DNA from: a virus | DNA length: 64,000 nt | IMG/VR virus record: IMGVR_UViG_3300044833_000092 | Span: 3,541-67,540 of that record | Direction: 5' to 3' (one strand) | Part shown: one piece after another, positions 28,584 to 38,295 of the stretch | Layout of the letters: every line of letters starts with the position of its first letter | How positions within the stretch are numbered: position 1 is the stretch's first letter | Program-made: the position numbers and the translations under genes | Notes under the pieces: model-generated | What the model was told of the DNA's origin: nothing | What the model saw: only the letters and a program-made list of their open reading frames with translations | The model's database searches: none

Positions 28584-29594
28584 TTACTTGAGTTCGTGAA
28601 ACGTGCCGTCTTGCGTGACGGCGCGGATGGACAGAATAAAACGCTCCGCTTCGACCGTCTTGTTCACCAGAGTGCCATCGTCGCGCTCTTCCGTGGTCGC
28701 CTCCTTGAGGTATGTTTCCTTGATACAGCTTCCCCGTATGACGTGGGGTTCTTCTCCCGGCGGGCGAACGGTGCCGTTCAGGTGCCCGGCCGAAAGCAGA
28801 ACGGCCGTGTGCCCCTTGGACAGCGGCAGCGGCGGGCGGCCCAATGGCAGGGGCACCGGCGGCCGCAAGTGTTCCTGCAACGGACTGGCCGCCAGTACCC
28901 GCTCTATCTCCAGCACCGTCATGGCCATCTTGGCGAACGTCCGTGGCCGCGCCTTACTCTTGGGGATGACGTACTTGCCGGCATCCGAGCCCACCAGAGC
29001 AGGCGGGATCGGCGGATACAATTCCTCCTGCCGCGACAATTCCTTGTGATACTTGCGCTTGACGCCGATGTAGAAGCTCTCGCGGAACTTGCGAACCTCG
29101 CCAGGAAACGGCGTCTGCTTGAAGTCGTCAAGCCGCGGGTTCAGGTACTGCAAGCCAGGGGAGTAGTCCCCCATCACGTCCTCGGGCACGACGTAGATCA
29201 GGATGCCGCCTACGGCCAGCCAGTCGAAACAACGGTGCAGGAACTGCTGCTGAGTCGAGCCGCCGCCTATCTCGTCGTCGTACGGCGGATTCAGGTACAG
29301 CACCTGTATACTGTTGGCCGTGATGGCGCAGTTGAACACGTCGGCCGGAGCCAGACAGCGCTCGTCGCCGATCTTCTGCTTGCACGCCCGAGCCCGGCCC
29401 TCGTCCAGTTCGACGGCCCAGGGCGAGGCTTCCTCGAACGCTGCCGCCAATTGATTGAGCGCCTCGCCCTTGCCGGCGCACGGGTCCAAGATGTTGAACG
29501 GCCCTTCGGCCGAGAGCGCCCGCAGAATCTTGGCGATCGCCGTTTCATGGGCCGGATAGAAGCCGGCCTTCTGCTGACTAGCCAGACGCGCCAT
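28584..29594 (-). CDS. Amino DNA methyltransferase (DUF6094-like)
   Basis: MARLASQQKAGFYP, ILDPCAGKG (SAM binding), LYLNPPYD. Confidence 0.85.
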   Translation of the reverse strand: MARLASQQKAGFYPAHETAIAKILRALSAEGPFNILDPCAGKGEALNQLAAAFEEASPWAVELDEGRARACKQKIGDERCLAPADVFNCAITANSIQVLYLNPPYDDEIGGGSTQQQFLHRCFDWLAVGGILIYVVPEDVMGDYSPGLQYLNPRLDDFKQTPFPGEVRKFRESFYIGVKRKYHKELSRQEELYPPIPPALVGSDAGKYVIPKSKARPRTFAKMAMTVLEIERVLAASPLQEHLRPPVPLPLGRPPLPLSKGHTAVLLSAGHLNGTVRPPGEEPHVIRGSCIKETYLKEATTEERDDGTLVNKTVEAERFILSIRAVTQDGTFHELK

Positions 29595-29792
29595 CGGTAT
29601 CCCCTTTTGGCTGGGTGTTGCCGGTCGAGCCCGGCACGCACGGTTCATGTACCCACTCGTAGACGCCGGTGAGGTTCAGCGACCTGACCAGCCGACCGCA
29701 CCAAGCACAGGTTGCCATGCAGCCGTAATACTCGTCAGCCCGCAGCAGCTTCCTGGGTGATTCACTGTCGCCGTTTGATATTGCGTACAGCA

Positions 29793-30170
29793 TCACTTCT
29801 TCCCCCTCATAAAGCCGGGCACCTTGCCGGCGATCTTGTCCGCGGCCGCCCGTTCCTTCCCTGCCCGCTTCCGCGACTTAGCGGTCAACGCCTCCCGCTG
29901 ACGAGCGATAGCTTCCGTCACCTTGGGCGGCAGGAACAACTGCACGCTGGTTTCGCTATCGACGTAGACGATGAACGTGGTGTCGCCTTGCTCCCTCTGG
30001 CGCAGCGTCCAGACGATGAATGTCTGTGCCGCCCCGATCAGCGGCGTATACAGGCTGATCGTGGAAGGCTTGGTAGCGCTCACGTCTGGCAGTTCAGCCA
30101 GTGAACCTAACATGCGATCGAACTTGCTGGGCGACTTGTAGTTCTGTTCCACGATGTTCTCTCTCGGCAT
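29793..30170 (-). CDS. Hypothetical protein
   Basis: AGGAG SD after motif A. Confidence 0.6.
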   Translation of the reverse strand: MPRENIVEQNYKSPSKFDRMLGSLAELPDVSATKPSTISLYTPLIGAAQTFIVWTLRQREQGDTTFIVYVDSETSVQLFLPPKVTEAIARQREALTAKSRKRAGKERAAADKIAGKVPGFMRGKK

Positions 30171-30249
30171 GTTCGTAGCTCCTGTAGAAGAGGGGTGGTG
30201 GAAATCCACCACCCCTCGGGTGTGACCTTCTATTGCGGCACCGCAATAG

Positions 30250-30762
30250 CTAACCGTCGATGGTGAAGTAGGCGTGACGGCCACGCTCCTGAACGAAGCA
30301 TAGACGCCTGCCGAAGTCGGGCGCTAGGAGCGTCCGGACGGCTTCGATGTACAACTTGTCAGTGACCAATCGACTCGCCGGATGCGGCACGACGACCATA
30401 GGCCCGGACCACAGCGGCGGCACGGCCTGACCAGCAACCGTACCACAGCATACTACCACGTCCGGCTTGTGCAAATCTAGCTCCGAAGCGATCCATTTTG
30501 GATCGGCCGGAAACTTGCCCGCTGAGTCCCCGTAGCTCACCTTGGGAGAGGCATTCGAGAACGCCATGTCCTCCCGCTCGAAGCAGTCCTCGCCCAGGAG
30601 CTTTCGGAGGCGATTGCCCGAGCGACAGCGGCCCGTAGCCCACAGCCAGCCGAGCCGCCATTCCGAGGACCATTCAGGGAGCGGGACCGCCACCCCCTTC
30701 TGCTTGTGCCAGCCGTGTAGTGGCCGGTGGAACCAAGCGTTCTGTAGAAACGTCAGTATCAT
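30250..30762 (-). CDS. Uracil-DNA glycosylase superfamily-like protein
   Basis: SGNRLRKLL, PDVVVCCG.VA, VVPHPASR motifs. Confidence 0.55.
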   Translation of the reverse strand: MILTFLQNAWFHRPLHGWHKQKGVAVPLPEWSSEWRLGWLWATGRCRSGNRLRKLLGEDCFEREDMAFSNASPKVSYGDSAGKFPADPKWIASELDLHKPDVVVCCGTVAGQAVPPLWSGPMVVVPHPASRLVTDKLYIEAVRTLLAPDFGRRLCFVQERGRHAYFTIDG

Positions 30763-31223
30763 TCGTCCTCCGGATGGTTGTCGCTGCTGATCGACGGCCT
30801 GTAGTCCTCGATCATCTTGGCGATGGCGCTCACGTCGCCGGCGAACTGGCTGGTCATGTTCCGCTGCTTGATTGCAGCCTCGCGGATTTTTCCGTGAAGC
30901 TCGTTGACGTGACCGTAGGCGTTCTTGGCCGCCTCCCGCAGTTCCATGTTCGTCTCCATGATGACGCGCAGGACATTGACGAGCCGGGCCGCCTCAGCCG
31001 CCGGCATGGGGCCGGTTGGCTTGTAGAGATTGAGCAAGCTGGGCCGCCCGCTGGTGATGGCAATGACAACCTCTTGCGTGGCACAGTGGACAAGCTCGGT
31101 CAGGTCGTCCAGGTTCCGCATCCGGAACGACTTGACCGTATCTGGTGCGGCGTCCACGTCAGCGAGTCCTTTCTTGGCGGTCGTGTGACCCTTGCTGTCG
31201 GTGCGCGTGATGAACTTTCCCAT
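30759..31223 (-). CDS. Hypothetical coiled-coil protein
   Basis: GAGG SD; ATGA overlap. Confidence 0.6.
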   Translation of the reverse strand: MGKFITRTDSKGHTTAKKGLADVDAAPDTVKSFRMRNLDDLTELVHCATQEVVIAITSGRPSLLNLYKPTGPMPAAEAARLVNVLRVIMETNMELREAAKNAYGHVNELHGKIREAAIKQRNMTSQFAGDVSAIAKMIEDYRPSISSDNHPEDE

Positions 31224-31291
31224 TGGGCCGTCCTCATGGTGCCTGTGGTTGGCCCATCCTATTGCGGCACCGCAATAGGATGGGCGACGGC

Positions 31292-31642
31292 TCAGCCGTC
31301 AAACGGAATCGTTGTCGGCTTCTTCGGCAGCTTACTGATATCGTTGCGCTCGATGCCCTCGCACAGCGCCAGGCGCACCAGTGTGTCCCACGATATCAGC
31401 CAGAAGTTGCCCGTCTGATTGGACTGGATGATCGGCAGACCGTTCAGGCCCATCGATATCTCGTAGGTCCACTTAGGTCGATTGGGATTCTCCAGTTGTC
31501 CCACGACCCGCCGGGGCGGTTCCAGCTTCTCGTCATACACTTGGCCCAGGGGGGCCGGATAGCTCGTCGGCGGAGCGCTCCAATTGGGGCGACGGGGCGC
31601 TTCCGGCAGACTTGGCTTGGCCGCGCGACGCTTCGCCATCAT
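31292..31642 (-). CDS. Hypothetical protein, paralog of 31533-31937
   Basis: QSNQTGNFWLISWDTLVRLALCEGI. Confidence 0.55.
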   Translation of the reverse strand: MMAKRRAAKPSLPEAPRRPNWSAPPTSYPAPLGQVYDEKLEPPRRVVGQLENPNRPKWTYEISMGLNGLPIIQSNQTGNFWLISWDTLVRLALCEGIERNDISKLPKKPTTIPFDG

Positions 31643-31937
31643 CCCTCCCGACGCCGGGTAAGCCGGGGTTCTGTTCCCGCGGCAAACCTTCCGGCAGTTC
31701 GTCGTTCAACTCAACGCCCTCGCCCACGGCCAGAGCGTAGAAATCCTTCCATCCTATGAAGAACACTTTGCCCGTCTTGACGGAGCGGAGCCCGACGCCG
31801 GCGGCCGACTTGCCGAAGATGGCCAGCATGTCTTGGCCGCCGCCGGTCCAGTAGCCGAGGTCTTGCCAGTCGGAAGGCATCGTGGTGCCTTTGGGATGCA
31901 ACTCTCCGAGCCCGGTCGCTCGCGTAATGCTTGCCAT
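31533..31937 (-). CDS. Hypothetical protein
   Basis: RSVKTGKVFFIGWKDFYALAVGEGV; GGAGG SD. Confidence 0.55.
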   Translation of the reverse strand: MASITRATGLGELHPKGTTMPSDWQDLGYWTGGGQDMLAIFGKSAAGVGLRSVKTGKVFFIGWKDFYALAVGEGVELNDELPEGLPREQNPGLPGVGRDDGEASRGQAKSAGSAPSPQLERSADELSGPPGPSV

Positions 31938-31946
31938 GCGAACCTC

Positions 31947-32384
31947 CTAAAGAACTTTGGTCTTACTGCCGAACTCCATTATCACCACGTCGCCGGAGCC
32001 GCTGGTCGCCTCGAAGTGCATAGCCTTGAAGAAATTCGCGGCTCCAGGCAGGAGACAATAGGGCACTTCCACCACGACTTGCACGCCGTCGCCGTGGCCC
32101 TGGATTAACAGTTGCTCCAGCAACTGCCGGCCTATGGCCATGCGCCACCAGTCGGGGTGGACCGTTAGATGCTTGATGATGCAGACGCCCGCGGCCTGTT
32201 CCCAGGAGAGCCAGCCGCGGACGCTCTGGTGACAATCGACGGCGACGACGTTGTGGCGGAACGGCTGGCGTAAACAGAACTCCACGTCGTTCATCGACAG
32301 GCACAACTTTGGGCTGACATGGCGGTGCGCCGCCCACTCCAATTCATGAACTTGCCATGCGTCACGCCACTTCATCGCCCTCAC
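31947..32384 (-). CDS. GNAT acetyltransferase (RimI-like)
   Basis: HLTVHPDWWRMAIGRQLL motif A; A..FFKAMHF motif B. Confidence 0.75.
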   Translation of the reverse strand: MRAMKWRDAWQVHELEWAAHRHVSPKLCLSMNDVEFCLRQPFRHNVVAVDCHQSVRGWLSWEQAAGVCIIKHLTVHPDWWRMAIGRQLLEQLLIQGHGDGVQVVVEVPYCLLPGAANFFKAMHFEATSGSGDVVIMEFGSKTKVL

Positions 32385-32676
32385 CTTTGTCTCCGGCACG
32401 ATCAGCCTCCCTTTGCCCAGGTGTCGGATTTCCACCACCCTTTAGGATATTGATACTCTCGGTCAGAGCGGTGAGCAAGCCTTCGGCTTCGGCCAGCGGC
32501 AGCACCGCCGAGAACGGCGAGCGATCGTGGGTAGCTACGGTGACGCAGACGCCACTGATGCCAGAAACGACCGCGATACCCATATGGTATGGCCAGCCAA
32601 GCCGAATGCGTTTCGCCTCTGCACCGTCGGCCAGGAGCATTAGCCTGACCTTTTGTTGCTGGTGAGTCAGCTTCAT
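32362..32676 (-). CDS. Hypothetical protein containing a motif A variant in frame
   Basis: AAGGA SD; KGGGNPTPG. Confidence 0.5.
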   Translation of the reverse strand: MKLTHQQQKVRLMLLADGAEAKRIRLGWPYHMGIAVVSGISGVCVTVATHDRSPFSAVLPLAEAEGLLTALTESINILKGGGNPTPGQREADRAGDKGEGDEVA

Positions 32677-32744
32677 CGGAGTGATCCTTGGAGCGCCGAG
32701 GGGAAGCCCGGCCTATTGCGGCGCACCAATAGGCCGGGCAGTCC

Positions 32745-33440
32745 TCACGCGACCTGGGTGCCGGCGGCGATCTTGAGCTTGTGATCCTCGATCAGCTTGG
32801 CGTCGGCCATGCTCAGGTTGCCCATCATGGTCAACAGTTCCAAGCTGTGCTTCCAGAGATTGGCGATGGCGTCGAAGGTCGGGCGATAGGCGAACGCCAG
32901 ACGCATCCGGTCGCCATCGGGAAGCTCCAGCTTCTCAACGGTGGCGTAAGCCTTGTCGGCATCGCCGCCGGCACCGGCCATCGCCGTGCAGATAGCGCTG
33001 GCCCGGTAGTGCCAGTCGGCCCAGGAGCGGCGATTGAAGTAGCGTGAGCCATACTCAACCACCTTATACTGCTTCTTGTGGGCCTCATCGAACTGCTCGT
33101 ACAGGCCAGTCGCCAGGAAAATGGCGAACGCTTCCGGACCCTGGCCGGCGTGCAAACCATAGTGGTGGACGTGGCCTTTCTCGGCGTCGGTGTACAGCAC
33201 CACCATGTCCGAATAGGTGGACGCCTTGGGCTTGTTCCAAAACTCGCCCGGCTTCTTCGGGTTGGTCGTCTGCGACATGAAGCGCTGCCGCCCCTTGGCG
33301 GCCCCGCGGGTCGCTGTCTCGGTCCAGAAGCGGATGCGGCAGCGCAGGGTAAACCCGAACGGATAATCCTCAACGACATGCGCCGTCTCGGGGGACGTGG
33401 CCCCCAGGATGATGACGGCCCCTTTGGCTTCTTCGCTCAT
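32745..33440 (-). CDS. Conserved phage hypothetical protein
   Basis: GAGG SD; VEDYPFGFTLRCRIRFW...WNKPKASTY. Confidence 0.65.
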   Translation of the reverse strand: MSEEAKGAVIILGATSPETAHVVEDYPFGFTLRCRIRFWTETATRGAAKGRQRFMSQTTNPKKPGEFWNKPKASTYSDMVVLYTDAEKGHVHHYGLHAGQGPEAFAIFLATGLYEQFDEAHKKQYKVVEYGSRYFNRRSWADWHYRASAICTAMAGAGGDADKAYATVEKLELPDGDRMRLAFAYRPTFDAIANLWKHSLELLTMMGNLSMADAKLIEDHKLKIAAGTQVA

Positions 33441-33492
33441 CTTGCTGTCCTCTGGTGGTGAGAAAAACTCAGGTGGTGGAAATCCGCCATCC

Positions 33493-33777
33493 TTAGTCAC
33501 GGTCAAGTCTATCGTGCTGACAGCCGATCTGCCCGCATTCGCCACAGTAATCTTTGCGCTTCAGTTCGATCAGGTCGTCCGGATCGACAGAGTGCTTCTT
33601 GTCGTCTCCGACTATGACGGCCACGACCTTGCCGGTCCGTTCCTCGATGCCGGTCCATTCGGTGTCGGCGTCTGGCTCAGTCTCCCAGCCTAGGATGCGG
33701 ACGGCAACAGCCGGCCAGCCTCCGATCCGGAAGCTGCCCGAGAACTTTTGGTCAGCTTCGTAGTGAGCGAGCTTCAC
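33493..33777 (-). CDS. Small protein with C-terminal Cys cluster
   Basis: AGGAGG SD fused to motif B; YCGECGQIGCQH. Confidence 0.6.
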   Translation of the reverse strand: MKLAHYEADQKFSGSFRIGGWPAVAVRILGWETEPDADTEWTGIEERTGKVVAVIVGDDKKHSVDPDDLIELKRKDYCGECGQIGCQHDRLDRD

Positions 33778-33874
33778 GATTGTCCTCCTATTGCGGCGCA
33801 CCAATAGCCGCTTAAAACGATGCGGGGCCGGACCCACTGTGAGCCCGGCCCCGCATCGCACTGTCCACAGCTCT

Positions 33875-33886
33875 ATTGTCCCATAA
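33875..33886 (-). promoter_or_regulatory. Repeated leftward promoter-like motif TTATGGGASAAT (also 38302-38313, 40055-40066, 41335-41346)
   Basis: Four same-orientation copies at gene boundaries; TGn-GACAAT resembles an extended -10. Confidence 0.6.
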
Positions 33887-33899
33887 ACGCCGGAGCTAA

Positions 33900-34166
33900 T
33901 CAAGCGTCCGGCTTGGTCAACCCGCACGACTGGCAAGCGATATCGGGCTTGCCATTGATGGTTCCGAAGTAGTGCCATTCATGCTCGCAGGTGGCTTGCA
34001 GGATCGCTAGGGCATCGCCGCTCCGGTCGCTCTCTTTCAAGGCCGCGGTCCTTTGTCGAAGCGCAGACTTGAACTTATCCTTGAGCGCATTGAGCCTGTC
34101 CTGCTGCTCCTGACCGAGCGGCTCGGGCTCGCCGGTAAACTCGTCTCTCCAACCTACAGCCGACAT
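33900..34166 (-). CDS. Small Zn-finger protein
   Basis: CEHEW...CQSCG; AGGAGG SD. Confidence 0.6.
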   Translation of the reverse strand: MSAVGWRDEFTGEPEPLGQEQQDRLNALKDKFKSALRQRTAALKESDRSGDALAILQATCEHEWHYFGTINGKPDIACQSCGLTKPDA

Positions 34167-34205
34167 GAGAAGCCCTCCTAATTCAGGTGGTGGAAATCCG
34201 ACACC

Positions 34206-34664
34206 CTAGTTGCGGTGATGCTGACAGGTCGGATCGACGCACTTCTGATTGAACGTATCCAGGGCCGCCGAAACTTCGCGGTGCAAGCGATCGCCCTGGA
34301 TGCAGAGCGAGTGACAGAAGTACGCCATCAGGTGACAGCGGGCGCTCCAGCAGGTTTCCCGCGGCGGCGAGAAGTTGCAGCCGACCGTCTCGTGAGCGAG
34401 AATGAAGTTAAAGATCAGATCGCGCAGCTCCTCGGGCGGAAGGAACTTGCGACTCTCGGGCTTGAGCTTTTCGAGCATGACTTGCAGCACGCCGATGAGG
34501 GCATCCTTGGCGTCTCCGCCCTCCTTCATGTAGCTGCCCAGGTTCGCGGCCAAGTCCTCCGTTCCAGCCAGCGGCATGTCGGCCGCCCTGGCGACATAGC
34601 CGGCCATTATGCCGATCGCCCCGGCTATGTCCTGCATGTTCTTGTGATTCAGTTCCAGACCCAC
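34206..34664 (-). CDS. Hypothetical protein
   Basis: AAGGAG SD. Confidence 0.6.
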   Translation of the reverse strand: MGLELNHKNMQDIAGAIGIMAGYVARAADMPLAGTEDLAANLGSYMKEGGDAKDALIGVLQVMLEKLKPESRKFLPPEELRDLIFNFILAHETVGCNFSPPRETCWSARCHLMAYFCHSLCIQGDRLHREVSAALDTFNQKCVDPTCQHHRN

Positions 34665-34679
34665 AGTTTGACTCCTTCG

Positions 34680-34991
34680 TTAGTAGATGTTGACGGGCTC
34701 GTTCGGCCAGACCACCTTGCGGCTGCGCAAGAGAGCCCGGATCAAATCGTCCACGGCCACGGCGCTCTTGATGCGCATGTACATCTGCGCCTCCAGCTTG
34801 TCACCGTCCGGCATGACGGCCAAGCCGTCGAAGCTCACCTGGACGGCCGTGGGCTTGCCGGAGCCGTCCGGCGTTGGGAACCACTGGCCGACATTGTACT
34901 CCTGAATGGCCACGAACGGCGAGCCGGGACGGATGCCGCCATGCGGCAGCACCGGCCCGTCCTCGCCGTAGATCGTTTCCCTGCTGCTCAT
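34680..34991 (-). CDS. Hypothetical protein
   Basis: GGAGG SD; ATGA overlap. Confidence 0.6.
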   Translation of the reverse strand: MSSRETIYGEDGPVLPHGGIRPGSPFVAIQEYNVGQWFPTPDGSGKPTAVQVSFDGLAVMPDGDKLEAQMYMRIKSAVAVDDLIRALLRSRKVVWPNEPVNIY

Positions 34992-35254
34992 GGGAACCTC
35001 CAATCGCCGCCTTCGAGCATGGCCAAGCAGCGGCGTGCAACCTTGGCCATGTAGGCTCGGCCTTGCTCCACAGTCACGTTACTCAGGTTGCCGACGCCCA
35101 AGCTGCTGGTCAGATCGCTGGCCAGCAGCTTGCGCAGCTGGCGGTGCCGCGGATCGAACTCGTCGTCAAAGACCATATTGCCGCAGGTGGAAGCGAAGGT
35201 GCCAACGGAAATCGCTATCTGCGGCAGATGGTAGCCCGCATGAAACACACTCAA
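34988..35254 (-). CDS. Hypothetical protein
   Basis: TTGA overlap with the upstream gene. Confidence 0.5.
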   Translation of the reverse strand: MSVFHAGYHLPQIAISVGTFASTCGNMVFDDEFDPRHRQLRKLLASDLTSSLGVGNLSNVTVEQGRAYMAKVARRCLAMLEGGDWRFP

Positions 35255-35472
35255 GGCGCACCCCTTTCGTCGGCGTCAGCGCACCGATCGCACTGGTAGC
35301 CCCTCTGCTGATCCTGCCGGGTCAAGACGTTCTTGGCCCCGCACGTCGGACAGTCGCAATCCCGCGGATTGTCCCTGGTCGCAGCTCGCAACGCCGAGTT
35401 ACCGCCCGGATCGGCGAACTCGCTACGGTCGTCGTCGTCGGTTTCGTCCGAGTCTCAATGTCTAACGCTCAT
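35251..35472 (-). pseudogene. Zn-finger gene with in-frame TGA at codon 6 (pseudogene or readthrough)
   Basis: MSVRH*DSDETDDDDRSEFADPGGNSALRAATRDNPRDCDCPTCG...YQCDRCAD; GGAG SD; not in the ORF track. Confidence 0.65.
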
Positions 35473-35507
35473 CGCTTGCTCTCCCTATTGCGGCGCACCA
35501 ATAGCGC

Positions 35508-36371
35508 CTAGTCCAAGTTGCTCCGGCTACCATCGTAGAAGAACTCGTAATCATTGGCCTCAAGGAAGTCTTCGACATGCTCCAGGTCTTCGGTGAGATA
35601 TTCAATCCTCCGATAGCCGAAGCCCTCCGTGTCCTTGTTGGCTTCCTTCATAAACTCTTCCAGTTCCTTCTCCAGTTCCTCTTGGGCTTTGTCGTACTTC
35701 TCCGGGCCGTCGAGAACGATGGCCCGCATCCGCTTTACGTCCTTGGGGAACATGCCGTTCTCGTCCAGATGGTCGAGAAGCAGAGTCGTCGGGACCAGAT
35801 CGCCGGACTCGGCCGCGGTGCGGCAGGTTAAAGCCATGCCGACCGTTGTGGTGTCGATGGCCGGGTTGGCAGGGCCGATAAGAGTTTCAGTCAGCCAATT
35901 CTCTACCTCCCAGCGCACATCCTCCGGCTCGAAGCTGGGGCATTCGTCTATGTCGATTATGACTTCGCCGCGCCAGTGGTAATTACTGGGGCGGTCGCCA
36001 ATGTCGATGGAGAACTCATAGCCGGCATCGTCCAGCAACTGCATCAATTCGATGATGCGCTTGCGCTGCTCCTTGGTCGTGAACTGCTTGTGATCGTCCA
36101 CGTTGGACATATCGGCCAGCACGGTACGGTCCAGGCGGCCGAAGAACGCCACGCCGTCGCCCTGGCAATAACTCAGCGACCAAGTGAGCCCGTTGCACTG
36201 GACGCCGTGGCAATACTTAGCATGTTCCTTGAGCGATTCCTCAAGGCTGTCGCTGTCGCTGGAATCCCAGCTTTCTTGGAGCATCTGCGAGCCCCAGGCC
36301 AGAGCCTTAGCCTTGGCTTTCGGTTTCAACTCGCCGATCTTGTAGACCCGGCGTTTCACGGTCCTTGCCAT
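35508..36371 (-). CDS. Conserved phage early protein
   Basis: AGGAG SD; LSYCQGDGVAF and EANDYEFFYDG motifs. Confidence 0.65.
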   Translation of the reverse strand: MARTVKRRVYKIGELKPKAKAKALAWGSQMLQESWDSSDSDSLEESLKEHAKYCHGVQCNGLTWSLSYCQGDGVAFFGRLDRTVLADMSNVDDHKQFTTKEQRKRIIELMQLLDDAGYEFSIDIGDRPSNYHWRGEVIIDIDECPSFEPEDVRWEVENWLTETLIGPANPAIDTTTVGMALTCRTAAESGDLVPTTLLLDHLDENGMFPKDVKRMRAIVLDGPEKYDKAQEELEKELEEFMKEANKDTEGFGYRRIEYLTEDLEHVEDFLEANDYEFFYDGSRSNLD

Positions 36372-36405
36372 GCGAATAACTCCTATTGGTGCGCCGCAAT
36401 AGCTC

Positions 36406-36816
36406 TTACGAGTATTGCCGGCAACCTCTGGATTCTTCGGGCACCCCCTGGTTGACCAGAACGTAGAACTCGCTTTCGCCATCTGGCTCGGGCAGGAAGT
36501 CGGCATCGAGCCCGCGGGCGTCGAGCCATTCCATTTCCCGCAAGCACTGGTCGCCGAAGTCTTTTTGCGATTCGGCCGAAAGCTCCGCGGCCAACTCTTC
36601 GACGTGGGCGGCCGCGTCACGCGCGGCCTCTTCATTGTTGAATGGCTGATAGGCGTGCAGGTGCGTATCGGTCCCATACCAGCCGCCTTCTTCGGGGCCG
36701 CCGTAGTACGGCGCGCTCTCCATGAGGCAGACGTACCACGTCTCGGCGTTCTTGGCCTCTTTGCATACGGCATCGAATGCCTGTTGCAGGAACTGTTCCG
36801 CCATAGCATCACTCAC
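36406..36816 (-). CDS. Acidic hypothetical protein
   Basis: YYGGPEEGGWY motif common in phage early proteins. Confidence 0.65.
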   Translation of the reverse strand: MSDAMAEQFLQQAFDAVCKEAKNAETWYVCLMESAPYYGGPEEGGWYGTDTHLHAYQPFNNEEAARDAAAHVEELAAELSAESQKDFGDQCLREMEWLDARGLDADFLPEPDGESEFYVLVNQGVPEESRGCRQYS

Positions 36817-37016
36817 TTTCTAAGGGTGGTGGAAATCCGACACCTGACAACCGGACAATAGGATAACCGCAATGCGGCTTGTAGTGCAAGCCACGATAGA
36901 CGACGATTGCCAACCAGATTGGAGCGTCACAAGACCAGCGATAGAGAGCCAGCGCCTCCGGCCCCTCGCACGGGTAGCCGGAGGACGCCAGTCTGAAACA
37001 CAGTTCATTCAAGTCG

Positions 37017-37628
37017 TCAAGGACATTGGACATGGTACGTCCCGAAGCGGCGCACGATGCGGACCGCATTAGTCCGCTTGAGAAGGCGACTGTCGCGCGG
37101 TATGACGTAAACGTCGCTCGCGCCGTTGTGGACCTTGCAGTAGAGGATGGCTTGCTGAACTGCCGCTTCCAAACCGTAGATCGGCCCACCCTGGCCGAGG
37201 CTGCGGCTTTCGTACAACAGCTCGTAGCCCAGCAGATTGTCGCTTTCGTCCGGCTGGAGCTTGCTGTAGTCTATCGCCTGCGCCGTATTGCTGACGACTT
37301 GATCCTGAGCCGTCTCCGGATCGGGCGCTTGCAGATTGACCGTCTCACTGGGCCTGCCGTCCAGGTGGAAGAAGTTCCGATGCTCGAAGTCGCTGTGCGC
37401 TCCACCCCGGAGCCGGTGACAGAACGCGAAGTAATCGCCCTGGTCCTCGATGTTACCGTTGCGGTGGTTCAACGACCAGACGTGGCCATCCATGACATAG
37501 AAGGCACAGTTGCCGTCCTCCTCGGCACCTATCAGTTGCCCTACCGAGCGCAGGTAAACGGCGCAGTCAGCGCGGTAGTTCGCCGACCCCAACATCCCCG
37601 CTTGATACAGATGATCCTTGAACGCCAT
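37017..37628 (-). CDS. Hypothetical protein
   Basis: AGGAGG SD fused to a motif B variant. Confidence 0.6.
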   Translation of the reverse strand: MAFKDHLYQAGMLGSANYRADCAVYLRSVGQLIGAEEDGNCAFYVMDGHVWSLNHRNGNIEDQGDYFAFCHRLRGGAHSDFEHRNFFHLDGRPSETVNLQAPDPETAQDQVVSNTAQAIDYSKLQPDESDNLLGYELLYESRSLGQGGPIYGLEAAVQQAILYCKVHNGASDVYVIPRDSRLLKRTNAVRIVRRFGTYHVQCP

Positions 37629-37665
37629 TGAATCCTCCTGTTGCGGCGCTGCAATAGCGCCTGGG

Positions 37666-38052
37666 TTAAACGACCTTGACGAACCGAACGTCGGCCGGGG
37701 CGAACCACTGAACGTCGTCGTCGTCCAGAAAGTCGTTCATGTCCCCGCCCTGGATCAGGTGACAGAGCGTATTGACGCCCTTCATCCTGAACATGGTTTC
37801 GCTGCTCTTGAGAATCCTACCGCCCTTCGTGTTGGTGACGTTCACCACTTCGATGATCTTGCCGAGCCAGCCGCTCTCGATCGAGCGGGCGAAGCGGCCG
37901 ACGCACTCCTCGGGCTTCGGCTTGACATTTCGGGCGCGGATCGCGGCGAAGTCAATCACCATGCCAGTGCCTTCACAGTTCGGGCAGTTGTCCCGCTGGA
38001 CCCCCGGCTTGCAACTGCACTTGGCCCCGGTCTTGGGCTGATATGCACTCAT
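37666..38052 (-). CDS. Zn-finger protein
   Basis: CSCKPGVQRDNCPNCEGTG. Confidence 0.65.
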   Translation of the reverse strand: MSAYQPKTGAKCSCKPGVQRDNCPNCEGTGMVIDFAAIRARNVKPKPEECVGRFARSIESGWLGKIIEVVNVTNTKGGRILKSSETMFRMKGVNTLCHLIQGGDMNDFLDDDDVQWFAPADVRFVKVV

Positions 38053-38088
38053 GCGAAGAACTCCTATTGCGGCGCGTCAATAGACGGC

Positions 38089-38295
38089 CTATTCCTTTTC
38101 GTACCCATCGAACCACGGACCGTAGCGGCGCGTGCGCCGCCGGGCGTCCTCGGACACCGCCGTCCGGCTGGATGCCTCTTTGTCGTTGCAATGCTCCTGC
38201 GCTTGTTGGAGCGTAAGTTTCCGCTTGACCGTGAGCTTGCGCCCAGGGGCCTTGTCATCGCCGAAGAAGTGGCGATTGACCGTGTACATATCCAT
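38089..38295 (-). CDS. Small hypothetical protein, probably leaderless
   Basis: LTLQQAQEHCND...WFDGY; ATG 6 nt after GAGAAT. Confidence 0.6.
   Translation of the reverse strand: MDMYTVNRHFFGDDKAPGRKLTVKRKLTLQQAQEHCNDKEASSRTAVSEDARRRTRRYGPWFDGYEKE

Noticed and set aside
35455-35457. Genome-wide TGA recoding
   Set aside because: TGA ends many genes normally, including ATGA overlaps; only one in-frame case was found
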